Part shown: piece by piece, positions 23,136-37,165 of the stretch | Layout of the letters: each line of letters starts with the position of its first letter | Numbering within the stretch: the first letter of the stretch is position 1 | Assembly: GCA_002269645.1 (NCBI GenBank) | Contig: NIVC01001181.1 | Location: forward strand, 62,001 to 126,000 | From: Macrostomum lignano | Lineage: Eukaryota | Direction of reading: 5' to 3' | Length of the DNA: 64,000 bases | Program-made: the position numbers and the translations under genes | The notes under the pieces: model-generated | What the model saw: the letters and a program-made list of their open reading frames with translations, nothing else | The model's database searches: none | Told to the model about the DNA's origin: nothing

Positions 23136-24924
23136 TCTACTGGACACTCAAACCTCTCGAATTCTCTTAAAGGCCATTCAAGCCGCGAGATTCACAATTC
23201 GCATCCCTTTCAGTTCAGTTCAGTTGTCCTTTCGCTGCGCCACATGGTCATGGTCCTGCTACTATTAAGCTTATTTATATAATTAGTTAACTAATCGATA
23301 ACACAACGTGCTAATTGTTTTTAAATTTTATCTGAAATCTTTATAAACTAAGCGATAAAGGATCTCGCTTAATATATAGACTTAAAGAAGCGAAGAGACA
23401 ACCAGTTTTTGAGAAGCTCCGCTGTTAATTCGCCTGGAGAGGAGAGGCGCTTGCCTTATCTCTGCCGTCTGCCTGCAGTAAACTAAAATCCAGCTAACTG
23501 TAATTTAGCTGCTGGCCGTTTCTAGCTCTTCTCTTCTGGTCTCAACTCCCAAACGACTACTACTAAATACTATACGCCAAATGGCAAGGCCTAGTGCTAG
23601 TAGTTATTATTGGAACTGGACGCTACTGTTGCTTCCGCTACTATCTGTCATAATCGGTGAGTTTGAGTTAGCCTCAATTATTGTAAGTAATATTATTCTT
23701 CGATTTGTGAATGCATGACCTACTTTTCTTCCGAATTCATTCAGGGGCCCGGCCTCGCAGACTTTAGATTGTGACAAGTGTTTCCTCATGCATTGTCATT
23801 AGTTCCCGTAATAATATCCCTTTCTCTGTTGAGTGCTTTCTTGGTGCAGCAATATTTAGTTAGCTATTTGCAGCCCTTTCTGTTTGCTTGTGCAAGTTAG
23901 TGAGTGACATACGATTGTCAGTGCACTAGGATTGAAGACGAATTATCTTTACTAGATCAGATCTTTTCTGAGACGTTAAGACTTGAAAGAAAACTAATTG
24001 TTTCTTGTTCCCAAGAACAACGAAATTGCAATATTTCGTTTCGTCTATGAAATCTAATTTGAAATAATGAAAATTTGTTTTAACCATCCAACATTTAACA
24101 TTTTAACTCAATATAAAGGCCAAGCCGAGTTTTTCTAACTGACTCAAGCTAGATGTGGAGATTTGATTTATTATAGTTAGCATAATATGCTGACAAACTG
24201 GAGCTAATTTGCTTTGCTATACAGTGTAGCCTATTATTCCATTGTCAGACTTGCTGTTGGGTTTCTAGCGTTTACTTGCAGTCTCACTGTAAAGCTTCAT
24301 TGCTTGACCAACTCCTCTCATATTTATTTTCTTATTTCTTAATATATGAAATAAGCTAGAATGGAAGATTGATTACACGACCTGAGCGGCTGAGCCTGGC
24401 GCATGGTTAGGCGTTAGCCAACTGTCTAAACTATTCAAACTACCATTCTAACTGCCTTCTTCATAATTCATTTTTACGGTGAGGGAGAGAGAAACAGACA
24501 GAGAGAGAGAGAGGACACCGCCGTGAAGGAGGTCAAAAAAGCAAAGCAGACAACTCAAACGAACACCCCTGGCTATAACTCTAGCCATGCAGGCCATGGC
24601 CTTTGAGCATTAGTGTAATCTCTTCTCTTGGTTCAGTCCAAGTGTGTAGTAAGAACGTCAATATATCCAGGTCTAGGGAATACCACTTTAGTGCTTATGA
24701 ATTTAATTTTTTCGTCCATTTTTTAACTAAGACGTTTAGACAACGGAAGCTGCACATTCTCTTGCTAGGTCTTAGTCATTGGCAAAATTATTTGTATAGT
24801 TAATGAAATGCTGCGCTGGCTTTTTAAAAACTCGACCTTTATCCGCTCATCTCGCTGCATCTCTTTGAAATTATCATATTGCTTTCGCAGGCGATTATAT
24901 CCCCTCTGCTCTTCGCCCTTTCCA

Positions 24925-26005
24925 CTTTCCTACCCTCTCTACCCTTCCTCTCTCTACCCTCTCCGCTCTCTACCCTTCGCTCTCTACCCTCTCCGCTTGC
25001 TACCCTCTCCGCTCTCTTCCCTCTCCGCTTGCTACCCTCTCCGCTCTCTACCCTCCACTCAAACCTCTCCGCTCTTTACCTCTCCGCTCTCTACCCTCCG
25101 CTCTCTACCTTCCGCTCTCTACCCTCCGATCTTTACCCTCTTCGCTCTCCACCTTCACTCTCTACCCTCTGCTCTCTACCTTTCAGCTCTCTACCCTCTC
25201 CGCTCTCTACCCTCTCCGCTCTCTACCCTCTCCGCTCTCTACCCTCTCCGCTCTCTACCCTCTCCGCTCTCTACCCTCTCCGCTCTCTACCCTCTCCGCT
25301 CTCTACCCTCTCCGCTCTCTACCCTCTCCGCTCTCTACCCTCTCCGCTCTCTACCCTCTCCGCTCTCTACCCTCTCCGCTCTCTTTCCTCTTCGCTCTCT
25401 ACCCTCCGCTCTTTTCCCTCCGCTCAAACCTCTCCGCTCTCCACCTCTCCGCTCTCTACCCTCTCCGCTCTCTACCCTCCGCTCTTTTCCCTCCGCTCAA
25501 ACCTCTCCGCTCTCCACCTCTCCGCTCTCTACCCTCTACGCTCTCTACCATCTCCGCTCTCTTCCCTCCGCTCAAACCTCCCCGCTCTTTACCTCTCCGC
25601 TCTCTACCCTCCGCTCTCTATCCTCCGCTCTCTACCCTCTCCGCTCTCTACCCTCCGCTCTCTACCTTCCGCTCTCTACCCTCTGATCTCTACCCTCTTC
25701 GCTCTCCACCTTCACTCTCTACCCTCTGCTCTCTACCTTTCAGCTCTCTACCCTCTCCGCTCTCTACCCTCTCCGCTCTCTACCCTCTCCGCTCTCTACC
25801 CTCTCCGCTCTCTACCCTCTCCGCTCTCTACCCTCTCCGCTCTTTACCCTCTCCGCTCTCTACCCTCTCCGCTCTCTACCCTCTCCGCTCTCTACCCTCT
25901 CCGCTCTCTTTCCTCTCCGCTCTCTACCCTCCGCTCTTTTCCCTCCGCTCAAACCTCTCCGCTCTCCACCTCTCCGCTCTCTACCCTCTCCGCTCACTTC
26001 CTTCT
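24925..26005. repeat. 16-bp polypyrimidine minisatellite (CTCTCCGCTCTCTACC)
   Basis: About 1.1 kb; a variant block at 25141 recurs at 25698. Confidence 0.96.
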
Positions 26006-26499
26006 CCACTCTACCGTCTCCGTCCTCAACCGTCTGCTTTCTACCCTCTTTCATTTCTATTCTACTCTCTATATCTGCTGGCTACTTTCCCCTCTTAAAC
26101 TCTCTTTCCTTACACCCCTCCTCGTATTTCATATTTGTTTATTCTCTTGCTATATACCCAGTGAGAAAACAACAGCTAAAGCCTTCATATTCTCCAATTT
26201 TACGTCTATAGTTTGAGACATTCTCAAAGAAATCTTGAAGAAATCTATCATAACCGTATTTATTAGCCGTATAAGTGCTGCACGCTTACTGACTGGGTGA
26301 GGACGGATAAATTCCCATAGGAAATTGACTAAAAAACCCCAACCGGATGAACTGAATTTATTCCAACTCATATATACCATACTTAAAGGATTATCGAATC
26401 GCAGATTTTCAATTTTCGAAATGGTTATTGACATAGACATTGACTGACTGATGCAACAGAAACCTTTCTACATGCTTTTTACATGCCTCTTCTAACCTA

Positions 26500-26855
26500 A
26501 CACTGTTCCAAAGTCTGTTCCAAAGTCTGTTCCAAACCTGTTCCAAAACCTGTTCCAAAACCTGTTCCAAAACCTGTTCCAAAACCTGTTACAAAGCCTT
26601 TTCCAAAACCGGTTCCAAAACCTGTTACAAAGCCTGTTCCAAAACCTGTTCCAAAACCTGTTACAAAGCCTGTTCCAAAACCTGTTCCAAAACCTGTTAC
26701 AAAGCCTGTTCCAAAACCGGTTCCAAAACCTGTTACAAAGCCTGTTCCAAACCTGTTCCAAAACCTGTTCCAAAACCTGTTCCAAAACCTGTTCCAAAAC
26801 CTGTTACAAAGCCTGTTCCAAAACCTGTTCCAAAACCTGTACCAAAGCCTGTTCG
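26500..26855. repeat. 12-bp minisatellite (AAAACCTGTTCC)
   Basis: Direct reading, with a periodic ACAAAGCC variant. Confidence 0.95.
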
Positions 26856-27399
26856 AAAGGGTGTGCTTACGAGCTCTACATGTACAGTCGGAGATGCTAA
26901 AACAATTCAATAATCAACCTTTACCTATATAATATATATATAAAGATTGTTATCAGATTCAAAAATCAGAATATAGACTCAGTTGTATACTGCTCTGTTA
27001 AATTGTTTTTTCTATTGTGTTTTTATACTTCAGATTAAAGAGTCAAAAAGCATCAAATCCCGCATGCACATTAAAAAAATGAGATTCAGAATTAATACAA
27101 TGCATATATAAAGGTTAAAATCGATCATTGAGATCCGGTGAAAATTTACTATTATTTTGAACGCAAATGTTAATGCCATGTGCCATATATGCGAGTATAG
27201 GGTCGGTCTATATATAAACAGCAATTCTATGATGGCGTAACGATTGCCTTTGAGCTCTTTGAATAATATTGCTTTGTTCTCAATCGGTGGCCTGTGGGAT
27301 TTATGACTTTTTATTAATATTCCTTTACTAGCGTGCTAAATTGAAATTTGGTCTTTGTTCTCATCTTACTTATGCTAATTCATAATTTCCTTTCCCACC

Positions 27400-27427
27400 T
27401 CTCCACTCTGTTCTCTTCCCTCGCTTT

Positions 27428-27459
<32 letters not shown>

Positions 27460-27670
27460 TTCTCTCTTCTCTCTTCTCTCCCCTCTTCTCTCCTCTCCCT
27501 CTTCTCTCCTCTCCCCTCTTCTCTCCCCTATCCTCTCCCCTATCCTCTCCCCTCTTCTCTCCCCTATCCTCTCCCCTATCCTCTCCCCTCTTCTATCTCA
27601 GCTCTCTTCTCTCTTCTCCACTCTCTTCTCTCCCCTACCCCCCTCCTCTTTCTTTTTTCCCTCTCTTCTC
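27400..27670. repeat. CT-rich low-complexity tract
   Basis: CTCTTCT/CTCCCCT motifs. Confidence 0.9.
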
Positions 27671-28764
27671 TATCTTTTATTATTTAACACCCGTTAAAAA
27701 TAGGAAACAGTTAACTAAATTTTAGAAGTCTATACTTTATGCAGGCATTGTTTTCATACACGCATTGATAACTGCAGATAGAATATACCAGTGGCAGTGA
27801 TATATAGCCAAATCTGCTTACTCACTTAATCACTCTCTTCATTGAAGCCTGATACTCAAACGACCTCCCCTCCCCTTACTCCTACCGTACGCCCCTATTG
27901 TCAAATAGATTTATCCCATGCACTCAAACCCCAACCGACCACCCTTCATCGGCGGCAGCTTTCAACTTAACCGATAAAGCTAAATATCTATATATCAGAT
28001 CGGTTCTATACATATTATATGGATTTTCTATACGGCAATAAGTCAAAAAATGCCCGTGGAATGCAACTTGAACTGGCAGCCCGTTGACTCCGCTGCTGGG
28101 GCTTGGGCTATGCTTACAATATGGTGTCAACTGGCAGGCAGAGGCGGCGTATGTAAACCCCCCATTCCTATTTTTCAACACAGCGCTGACAAGGATCGTG
28201 TTGTGGGTGGGGGGTCGTTTCGGTTAGATCATTCTCATATTGAGCTGCCTGTAAGGGGGGTTGACTTGAATAATAGGGCCCAGCAGACAGTTAACATTGT
28301 GAGCGGACTGGGGGTGTTATACGTAGTGTAAGTCAGTGATTAATGACATTCACTCCGGGTAGCCAAAAACTTCCCAATCGTCCCAACCATTGGACGTCAG
28401 ATAGCGATAGATCTTTCTTTGGTCTGGGTATACCGTTGCCGTTGGCTTGGAGTTTAAAATTGGCATAGCATAAGCTGAGCTTGTGTAATGCAAGCTGGAT
28501 GCGTAACGGGGTATTAACGATAGATTAAATTGACAATATCTGGCAGCCCCCTGTTATGCATGCGATTCCGGCATGGCTGCACCTCCCCACGAATAAAATT
28601 TATAACCCTTTAGGTCTCTCTCCTGATCTGCAATAAATCAATAAGTTCCGTGGAGGGAGATGGTAGCTTGTATTGGATTTATAACTCATGTTGATTTGCT
28701 AATTGGCTCAATGGTACGCTATGAGGGATGTTTAGTATTGAGGATCCAAACAATCGATCTGTGA

Positions 28765-29205
28765 ATCTGTGATCTGCAATTAAGATCTGGGATCTGGGAT
28801 CTGTGATCTGGGATCTGCAATTGGGATCTGGGATCGGGATCTATGATCTGCAATTGAGATCTGGAATCTGTGATCTACAATTGGGATCTGGGATCGGGAT
28901 TGGTGATCTGCAATTGGGATCTGGGATCGGGATCTGTGATCTGCTATTGGGATCTGAGATCGGGATCTGTGATCTGCAATTGAGATCTGGAATCTGTGAT
29001 CTGCAATTGAGAGCTGTAATCTGCAATTGGATCTGTAATCTGCAATTGGGATCTGGGATCGTAATCTGCAATTGGGATCTGTAATCTGCAATTGGGATCT
29101 GGGATCGTAATCTGCAATTGGGATCTGTAATCTGCAATTGGGATCTGGAATCTGTGATCTGCAATTGAGATCTGGGATCTGTGATCTACAATTGGGATCT
29201 GGGAT
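28765..29205. repeat. GGGATCT-based irregular minisatellite
   Basis: GGGATCTGGGATCGGGATCTGTGATCTGCAATT-like units. Confidence 0.93.
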
Positions 29206-30576
29206 TTACAGTGTGCATCTTATTGCTCGTAATTCTTGTGTTGGGGAGGCACGGCTGTAATATATTTATCATTCGAGCTATATTAGTTTGGGACTTGCGA
29301 CTTGGGACTTCAAATTTTGTTAGTCACATCCACGGCTGCCACATTTTGTCTTCCCTCTCTTTCCTTCCTCCTATGCGGAGTTTTTGTTTGGGATAATTTT
29401 CCCAATTTCTCTCCCCACTATTGCTCATGTTTATTTTTATCCCATATACATGGTTGCGTACGGTTCTGTTAGAAAGCTGCATTCCCAATGGACGGCTCCC
29501 CTGTCACTGGGCACTGCATGACGTAGCCACTCGAATGTCTCTGAAGTCATCTCGTCTCACTGTTCTTTCCAAAGAGGCTCCCTGTAGATATATATTATTA
29601 TTGCTACTGTCTACTCAAGGACTCAATGGTCTGTTCTGTCAAGACTCAAGAAGCAAAGTTACGAGATAAATCTAGAAATTCAGTAGATTTAGTCAGTTGA
29701 CTGACAAACATCTGACTGCAGCGATTAATTAATTATTTACATTCAGTTTGGGATGGATCAGTTTCTCTTAGACCTCCTGCTGTCATTTTTGATTTCTCAA
29801 AATCAGCTTTAAGAGCTAATCGCCAATCAAAAAATCCGCTAGCTAGTATGACAGTGACTTGTCTTTGTGATACAGTTTTTATATTGAGTTGTCTTATATA
29901 GAGCTCAACAGGGTTTTTGCTCATCCAGTTGTGGTATAATCATGCCTCTACTCAGTAGCCACTCTAATAATCCCAAATCCCCAATGCCCCAATCCCCAGA
30001 GCTCGTTCGTTAATATCATAAAAAAGAGGATGATGACATTAGTAAGTCTTTGTGCTTCACGGCGACCCATGTTTTTATGTTCTTGACTCTCTCGGTCTAA
30101 GCCCACCTAAGTCTTTATTCCTATTTTGGGGATGGATTTTGATTGCCAAATTATTATCCAATTAGTCATCCCCACTGTCAACCCAAGACTGCCTTAAAAA
30201 GCTTTATTTACATGCGGATTTGTAGATGACATTTTCAGTTCGTATAACGCAAAACAATTCTTCACAACAGAAGCAACAGGAAAATTGGAATCTGTTCATT
30301 TCTATGTTAATTTATGCATTTATTGAAACGATTTCTGGCTCGCTGCTTGTACTTGTATGAGGTGATTATTGGATAATTCTCGTGTGACAGGACTGTTGGA
30401 TTTGGCATTTGACGTTGAAGATTTAATGCTGTAGGGAATTAATTGCATTAGATATTAGTAATGATTTCGAATCAGACATACGCGTTTCATGCATAGAGGG
30501 ACTTTTGAGAGTTGTACTTTGCTTAGAACACCCTACACGACATAAATTCATAATGAAATAAATGTAAGATTGTAGA

Positions 30577-32545
30577 TCCCAGTTCCCAGTTCTCAGATCC
30601 TAGATCCCAGATCCTAGATCCCAGATCCTAGATCCCAGATCCTAGATCCCAGATCCTAGATCCCAGATCCTAGATCCCAGATCCTAGATCCCAGATCCTA
30701 GATCCCAGATCCTAGATCCCAGATCCTAGATCCCAGATCCTAGATCCCAGATCCTAGATCCCAGATCCTAGATCCCAGATCCTAGATCCCAGATCCTAGA
30801 TCCCAGATCCTAGATCCCAGATCCTAGATCCCAGATCCTAGATCCCAGATCCTAGATCCCAGATCCTAGATCCCAGATCCTAGATCCCAGATCCTAGATC
30901 CCAGATCCTAGATCCCAGATCCTAGATCCCAGATCCTAGATCCCAGATCCTAGATCCCAGATCCTAGATCCCAGATCCTAGATCCCAGATCCTAGATCCC
31001 AGATCCTAGATCCCAGATCCTAGATCCCAGATCCTAGATCCCAGATCCTAGATCCCAGATCCTAGATCCCAGATCCTAGATCCCAGATCCTAGATCCCAG
31101 ATCCTAGATCCCAGATCCTAGATCCCAGATCCTAGATCCCAGATCCTAGATCCCAGATCCTAGATCCCAGATCCTAGATCCCAGATCCTAGATCCCAGAT
31201 CCTAGATCCCAGATCCTAGATCCCAGATCCTAGATCCCAGATCCTAGATCCCAGATCCTAGATCCCAGATCCTAGATCCCAGATCCTAGATCCCAGATCC
31301 TAGATCCCAGATCCTAGATCCCAGATCCTAGATCCCAGATCCTAGATCCCAGATCCTAGATCCCAGATCCTAGATCCCAGATCCTAGATCCCAGATCCTA
31401 GATCCCAGATCCTAGATCCCAGATCCTAGATCCCAGATCCTAGATCCCAGATCCTAGATCCCAGATCCTAGATCCCAGATCCTAGATCCCAGATCCTAGA
31501 TCCCAGATCCTAGATCCCAGATCCTAGATCCCAGATCCTAGATCCCAGATCCTAGATCCCAGATCCTAGATCCCAGATCCTAGATCCCAGATCCTAGATC
31601 CCAGATCCTAGATCCCAGATCCTAGATCCCAGATCCTAGATCCCAGATCCTAGATCCCAGATCCTAGATCCCAGATCCTAGATCCCAGATCCTAGATCCC
31701 AGATCCTAGATCCCAGATCCTAGATCCCAGATCCTAGATCCCAGATCCTAGATCCCAGATCCTAGATCCCAGATCCTAGATCCCAGATCCTAGATCCCAG
31801 ATCCTAGATCCCAGATCCTAGATCCCAGATCCTAGATCCCAGATCCTAGATCCCAGATCCTAGATCCCAGATCCTAGATCCCAGATCCTAGATCCCAGAT
31901 CCTAGATCCCAGATCCTAGATCCCAGATCCTAGATCCCAGATCCTAGATCCCAGATCCTAGATCCCAGATCCTAGATCCCAGATCCTAGATCCCAGATCC
32001 TAGATCCCAGATCCTAGATCCCAGATCCTAGATCCCAGATCCTAGATCCCAGATCCTAGATCCCAGATCCTAGATCCCAGATCCTAGATCCCAGATCCTA
32101 GATCCCAGATCCTAGATCCCAGATCCTAGATCCCAGATCCTAGATCCCAGATCCTAGATCCCAGATCCTAGATCCCAGATCCTAGATCCCAGATCCTAGA
32201 TCCCAGATCCTAGATCCCAGATCCTAGATCCCAGATCCTAGATCCCAGATCCTAGATCCCAGATCCTAGATCCCAGATCCTAGATCCCAGATCCTAGATC
32301 CCAGATCCTAGATCCCAGATCCTAGATCCCAGATCCTAGATCCCAGATCCTAGATCCCAGATCCTAGATCCCAGATCCTAGATCCCAGATCCTAGATCCC
32401 AGATCCTAGATCCCAGATCCTAGATCCCAGATCCTAGATCCCAGATCCTAGATCCCAGATCCTAGATCCCAGATCCTAGATCCCAGATCCTAGATCCCAG
32501 ATCCTAGATAGATCCCAGATCCTGGATCCCAGATCCTGGATCCAG
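30577..32545. repeat. 14-bp satellite (GATCCCAGATCCTA), about 137 copies with no visible variant
   Basis: Direct reading. Confidence 0.99.
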
Positions 32546-33199
32546 AAGACAAGGCATCTTCCAGATTTCTTTTTCAACTCTGACACCATAGAGTGGAAGG
32601 TTCCACGGCAAAAATTGCACATACTTATCGAGTCAGTCCCGGAATTTTAATTGTCCCACTGTCACTGACCTACTGCTAAAATTACTAGGTATTCTTTCAC
32701 ATCGCTTGCCTGGTGCCTGGTAGCCTCGGTAACCCTCACTTTTGAACTTTGGATTCTACGGCGCTTAAAGGGGCATCAAATTTAATTTACGATGGGCAAC
32801 TGCCATTCTTTCTGCTGCAATTGCATTGTTAGTATCATTTAGTAACATCGGCTCTTCGAAATCCATTGCTGTCTATAAATCTTTCGTTTAAGCTTAACGC
32901 GTTGCTACAAGCTTTAACCTCCTTAAGAATACACTGAACAAGGCTGCGGAGTTCCCCATTGCTTTGGGAAGACAGCTGGGAACCTAATTAATAATATCAA
33001 CCTTTGTTATGTTGTGATGAAGCCCCTGGATCTATAATATCCATAGCATTTGAAGAGTTAGTTAAGATTCGATCTGGCAACTTGTTGGGGATGGAATAAC
33101 ATAATTTCAATTGAAAGGAAGTAGAGAAGATGGGTTTTGAATTTGAGGACTGAGAAAACCAGAAACAGAGCCAAAGGTTTTAATTGTGAAAATTTGTCC

Positions 33200-33620
33200 G
33201 ATTTTGGGATCTGGGATCTGGGATCGTTATCTGAAAATCCGATTTTGGGATTTGGATCGTTATTTGAAAAATCCGATTTTTGAGATTTGGGATGGATGAT
33301 CGTTATTTGTAACATCCGATTTTGTGATTTGGGATCTGGGATTGTTATTTGCAAAATCCGGTGTTGGGATTTGGGATCTTTGATCGTTATTTGTAAAATC
33401 TAATTTTGGGATTTGGGATTGTTATTTGCTAAATCTGATTTTGGGATTTGGGATCTGGGATTGTTATTTGCTAAATCCGATTTTTGGATCTGGGATCAGT
33501 ATTAGAATTTGGGGTAAGAGTTTTTATTTTGGTCTCTGCGATAAGTTTAAAAGTGGAAAAATGAATTCTGCGATTTGGGATCTAGATTTGGGATCTGGAT
33601 TTGGGATCTGGATTTGGGCA
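33200..33620. repeat. GATTTGGGATCT-based degenerate minisatellite (about 35-42 bp units)
   Basis: Direct reading. Confidence 0.9.
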
Positions 33621-34235
33621 TTACACATACATGCTGAAGTATAGCTCGCCAATTAGTAGTCTTGATCTGTTATCAGCATTGCGAAAACAACAGAGTTTAG
33701 CCATATTTTGGCATCTAAAATGCAAATCCCAATATTAATTTAGGTTGCCATCCTCACCGCAGCCTCAGCATTCTGTATCGCGACTTCCATCTTTAAACAT
33801 TTCGCAAAAAGACACACCCAGACAAAAGTTCCAATATCCATTCGTCACAGCCGCACAAAGACCGTCGCTGCCCCGCCTCCACCGCCCCCACCACCCCAGC
33901 GCTCGTGTCGTCAAGCTTGAAAAACGATTTGTCACAATTTCTGCTTTCGCAACAGCAGAAATCCCTTATACGAGATCCGCATGATCGCCTGACCGCTTAG
34001 ATGCTGGATCCTATGGTTCACATCCCATAGCGAAACCGCTTGCATGGCAACAGGAGAAGAATGATGGGTAGCAGGCCTTGGTTGCGGGACCGATTCCTTG
34101 TCACCACCACCAGGGCGTGTCAGCTGAGACGGGGGGGTTGGGCATCACGCTACCTGGAAGGTGGGGAGTGGGGATATTTGTCGCTAGGCTTTCGAATTGC
34201 CTTGGATTTTGCTTAGTTTAACCATGGAACTTGGA

Positions 34236-35495
34236 GGGAGATAGGGGGAGTGGAGAGGGATATAAGAAGAGTAGAGGGGGATGGGGAGTGGAGAGGGATA
34301 TCAGAAGAGTAGAGGGGGATGGGGAGTGGAGAGGGATATAAGAAGAGTAGAGGGGGATGGGGAGTGGAGAGGGATATAAGAAGAGTAGAGGGGGATGGGG
34401 AGTGGAGAGGGGGATGGAGAGTGGAGGGGGATAGGGAGTGGAGAGGGATATAAGAAGAGTAGAGGGGGATGGGGAGTGGAGAGGGATATAAGAAGAGTAG
34501 AGGGGGATGGGGAGTAGAGAGGGATATAAGAAGAGTAGAGGGGGATGGGGAGTGGAGAGGGATATAAGAAGAGTAGAGGGGGATGGGGAGTGGAGAGGGA
34601 TATAAGAAGAGTAGAGGGGGATGGGGAGTGGAGAGGGATATAAGAAGAGTAGAGGGGGATGGGGAGTGGAGAGGGATATAAGAAGAGTAGAGGGGGATGG
34701 GGAGTGGAGAGGGGGATGGGGGAGTGGAGAGGGAGATAAGAAGAGTAAAGAGGAGGATGAGGAGTGGAGAGGGTAATGGGGGAGTAGAGAGGGAGATCGG
34801 GCGAGTGGAGAGGGAGATCGGGGGAGTGAAGAGGGAGATCTGGGGTGTGGAGACGGAGATCGGGGGAGTGGAGAGGGAGATCGGGCGAGTGGAGACGGAG
34901 ATCGGGGGAGTGGAGAGGGAGATCGGGCGAGTGGAGAGGGAAATCGGGGGAGTGAAGAGGGAGGTCGGGGGAGTGGAGAGGGAGATCGGGGGAGTGGAGA
35001 GGGAAATCGGAGGAGTGGAGAGGGAAATATGGGGAGTGAAGAGGGAGATCGGGGGAGTGGAGAGGGAGATAAGAAGAGTAAAGAGGGAGATAGGGGAGTG
35101 GAGAGGGAGATAGGGGAGTGGAGAGGGAGATAGGGGGAGTGAATAGGGAGATCGGGGGAGTGGATAGGGAGACAGGAGTGTATAGGGAGACAGAAGTGGA
35201 GAGGGAGACAGGAGTGAATAGGGAGACAGAAGTGGAGAGGGAGACAGGAGTGGATAGGGAGACAGGAGTGAATAGGGAGACAGGAGTGAATAGGGAGACA
35301 GAAGTGGAGAGGGAGACAGGAGTGGATAGGGAGACAGGAGTGGAGAGGGAGATAGGAGTGGAGAGGGGGGTAGGGGAGTCGAGATAGGGAGACAGGGGAG
35401 TGGATAGGGAGATCGGGGGAGTGGATAGGGAGATCGGGGGAGTGAATAGGGAGACAGGAGTGGAGAGGGAGATTGGGGGAGTGGAGAGGGAGATA
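34236..35495. repeat. Compound polypurine G-rich minisatellite (38-, 21- and 18-bp units sharing GTGGAGAGGGA)
   Basis: Direct reading. Confidence 0.95.
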
Positions 35496-36334
35496 CGAGC
35501 TAAGAAGTAAGCACAGACTTAACATGTATACAAAAGAGTTATCTTCAAAATGAGCAACATCGGCTTTGGCCCAAGACCACTATATTTCTTTTTTCGGGCA
35601 CTGTTGACAACCCGAAATTAGCACGGGCTAACAAACAAAGCCGTACTTGTCTGGCGCCGTCAACAGTCCTTGAAAGTGTCGGTCTAGACGACCTCAAAAA
35701 AGCTACTGAAGAATGACAGAGTGGCCCGGGTCCCGGGACTTTGCGCTTTTTGCTTTCACTGTCCGACATTTATTTTTGTCCGGGGGACAGGGTGGGTGAC
35801 AAAAGTCCCAAACCTTCCTGGCCTCTTCAAAGACAGTTTGACAAAGTGAAAGAAGTGAAAAGTAGGGCGGGGCATTTTATTTAACATAAACTGTATATAA
35901 TGCGTTAGAAATGACTGCGTCAGCTTATGAATTCGCTGCGCCCACAGCTGACAAAACGGAATTAGAAAAATGTAGAACCCGGATAGAGAGGAGACACAGA
36001 CAGACCGCATAGAAGGCAAGAATGTCCGCCCAATATATAGAGAAGGAAATCCGTTGGAACACCAAATTGATGGATTGCTCTTAGTCATGCTTTACTACTG
36101 CATGTAGTAAAGGGCTAGAAGGGTCCCGTCGGCCTGCTTTGAGGCGCTGGCGCAATGGGACTTGACGTTTCGTTAGGCAGGCATTTCAACATATGCATCA
36201 TGACTGGACGGACTGAATACCAAGTGTGTATCGAAGGTGTTAGTAACTGTTTAGTTAGGTCCTCTCGGACACCGGCCGCATAACCGCCTGTTGATTCACG
36301 AATTGATATCCGATCCGATTGATCCCATATCCTA

Positions 36335-37165
36335 GATCCCACATGCTAGATCCCACATGCTGGATCCCACATGCTGGATCCCACGTGCTGGATAACACAT
36401 CCTAGATGGCAAATCCAAGATAGTAGGTCCTAAATTAAAAGATCCCAGATCCTAGTTCCCAGATCCTAGTTCCCAAATCCCATATCTTTGTTACTAATTC
36501 CTGATCCTAATTCCCAGATCTCAGATCCTAGATTCCAGATCTCAGATCCTAGATTCCAGATCTCAGATCCTAGATTCCAGATCTCAGATCCTAGATTCCA
36601 GATCTCAGATCCTAGATTCCAGATCTCAGATCCTAGATTCCAGATCTCAGATCCTAGATTCCAGATCTCAGATCCTAGATTCCAGATCTCAGATCCTAGA
36701 TTCCAGATCTCAGATCCTAGATTCCAGATCTCAGATCCTAGATTCCAGATCTCAGATCCTAGATTCCAGATCTCAGATCCTAGATTCCAGATCTCAGATC
36801 CTAGATTCCAGATCTCAGATCCTAGATTCCAGATCTCAGATCCTAGATTCCAGATCTCAGATCCTAGATTCCAGATCTCAGATCCTAGATTCCAGATCTC
36901 AGATCCCAGATCCTAGTTTCCATATCTCAGATCTCAGATCCTAGTTCCCAGATCCCAGATCCTAGATTCCAGATCTCAGATCTTAGATTCCAGATCTCAG
37001 ATCCTAGATTCCAGATCTCAGATCCTTAGATTCCAGATCTCAGATCCTAGATTCCAGATCTCAGATCCCAGCTCCTAGTTTCCATATCTCAGATCTCAGA
37101 TCCTAGTTCCCAGATCCCAGATCCTTGTTCCCAGATCCCAGATCCTTGTTCCCAGATTTCAGATC
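36335..37165. repeat. 21-bp minisatellite (GATCTCAGATCCTAGATTCCA) with GATCCCA-type degenerate flanks
   Basis: About 18 perfect core units at about 36520-36900. Confidence 0.96.

Noticed and set aside
28765-37165. Foldback (FB-like) transposon with tandem-repeat TIRs
   Set aside because: The oppositely oriented arrays have different monomers and lengths, and I found no matching termini or TSD.
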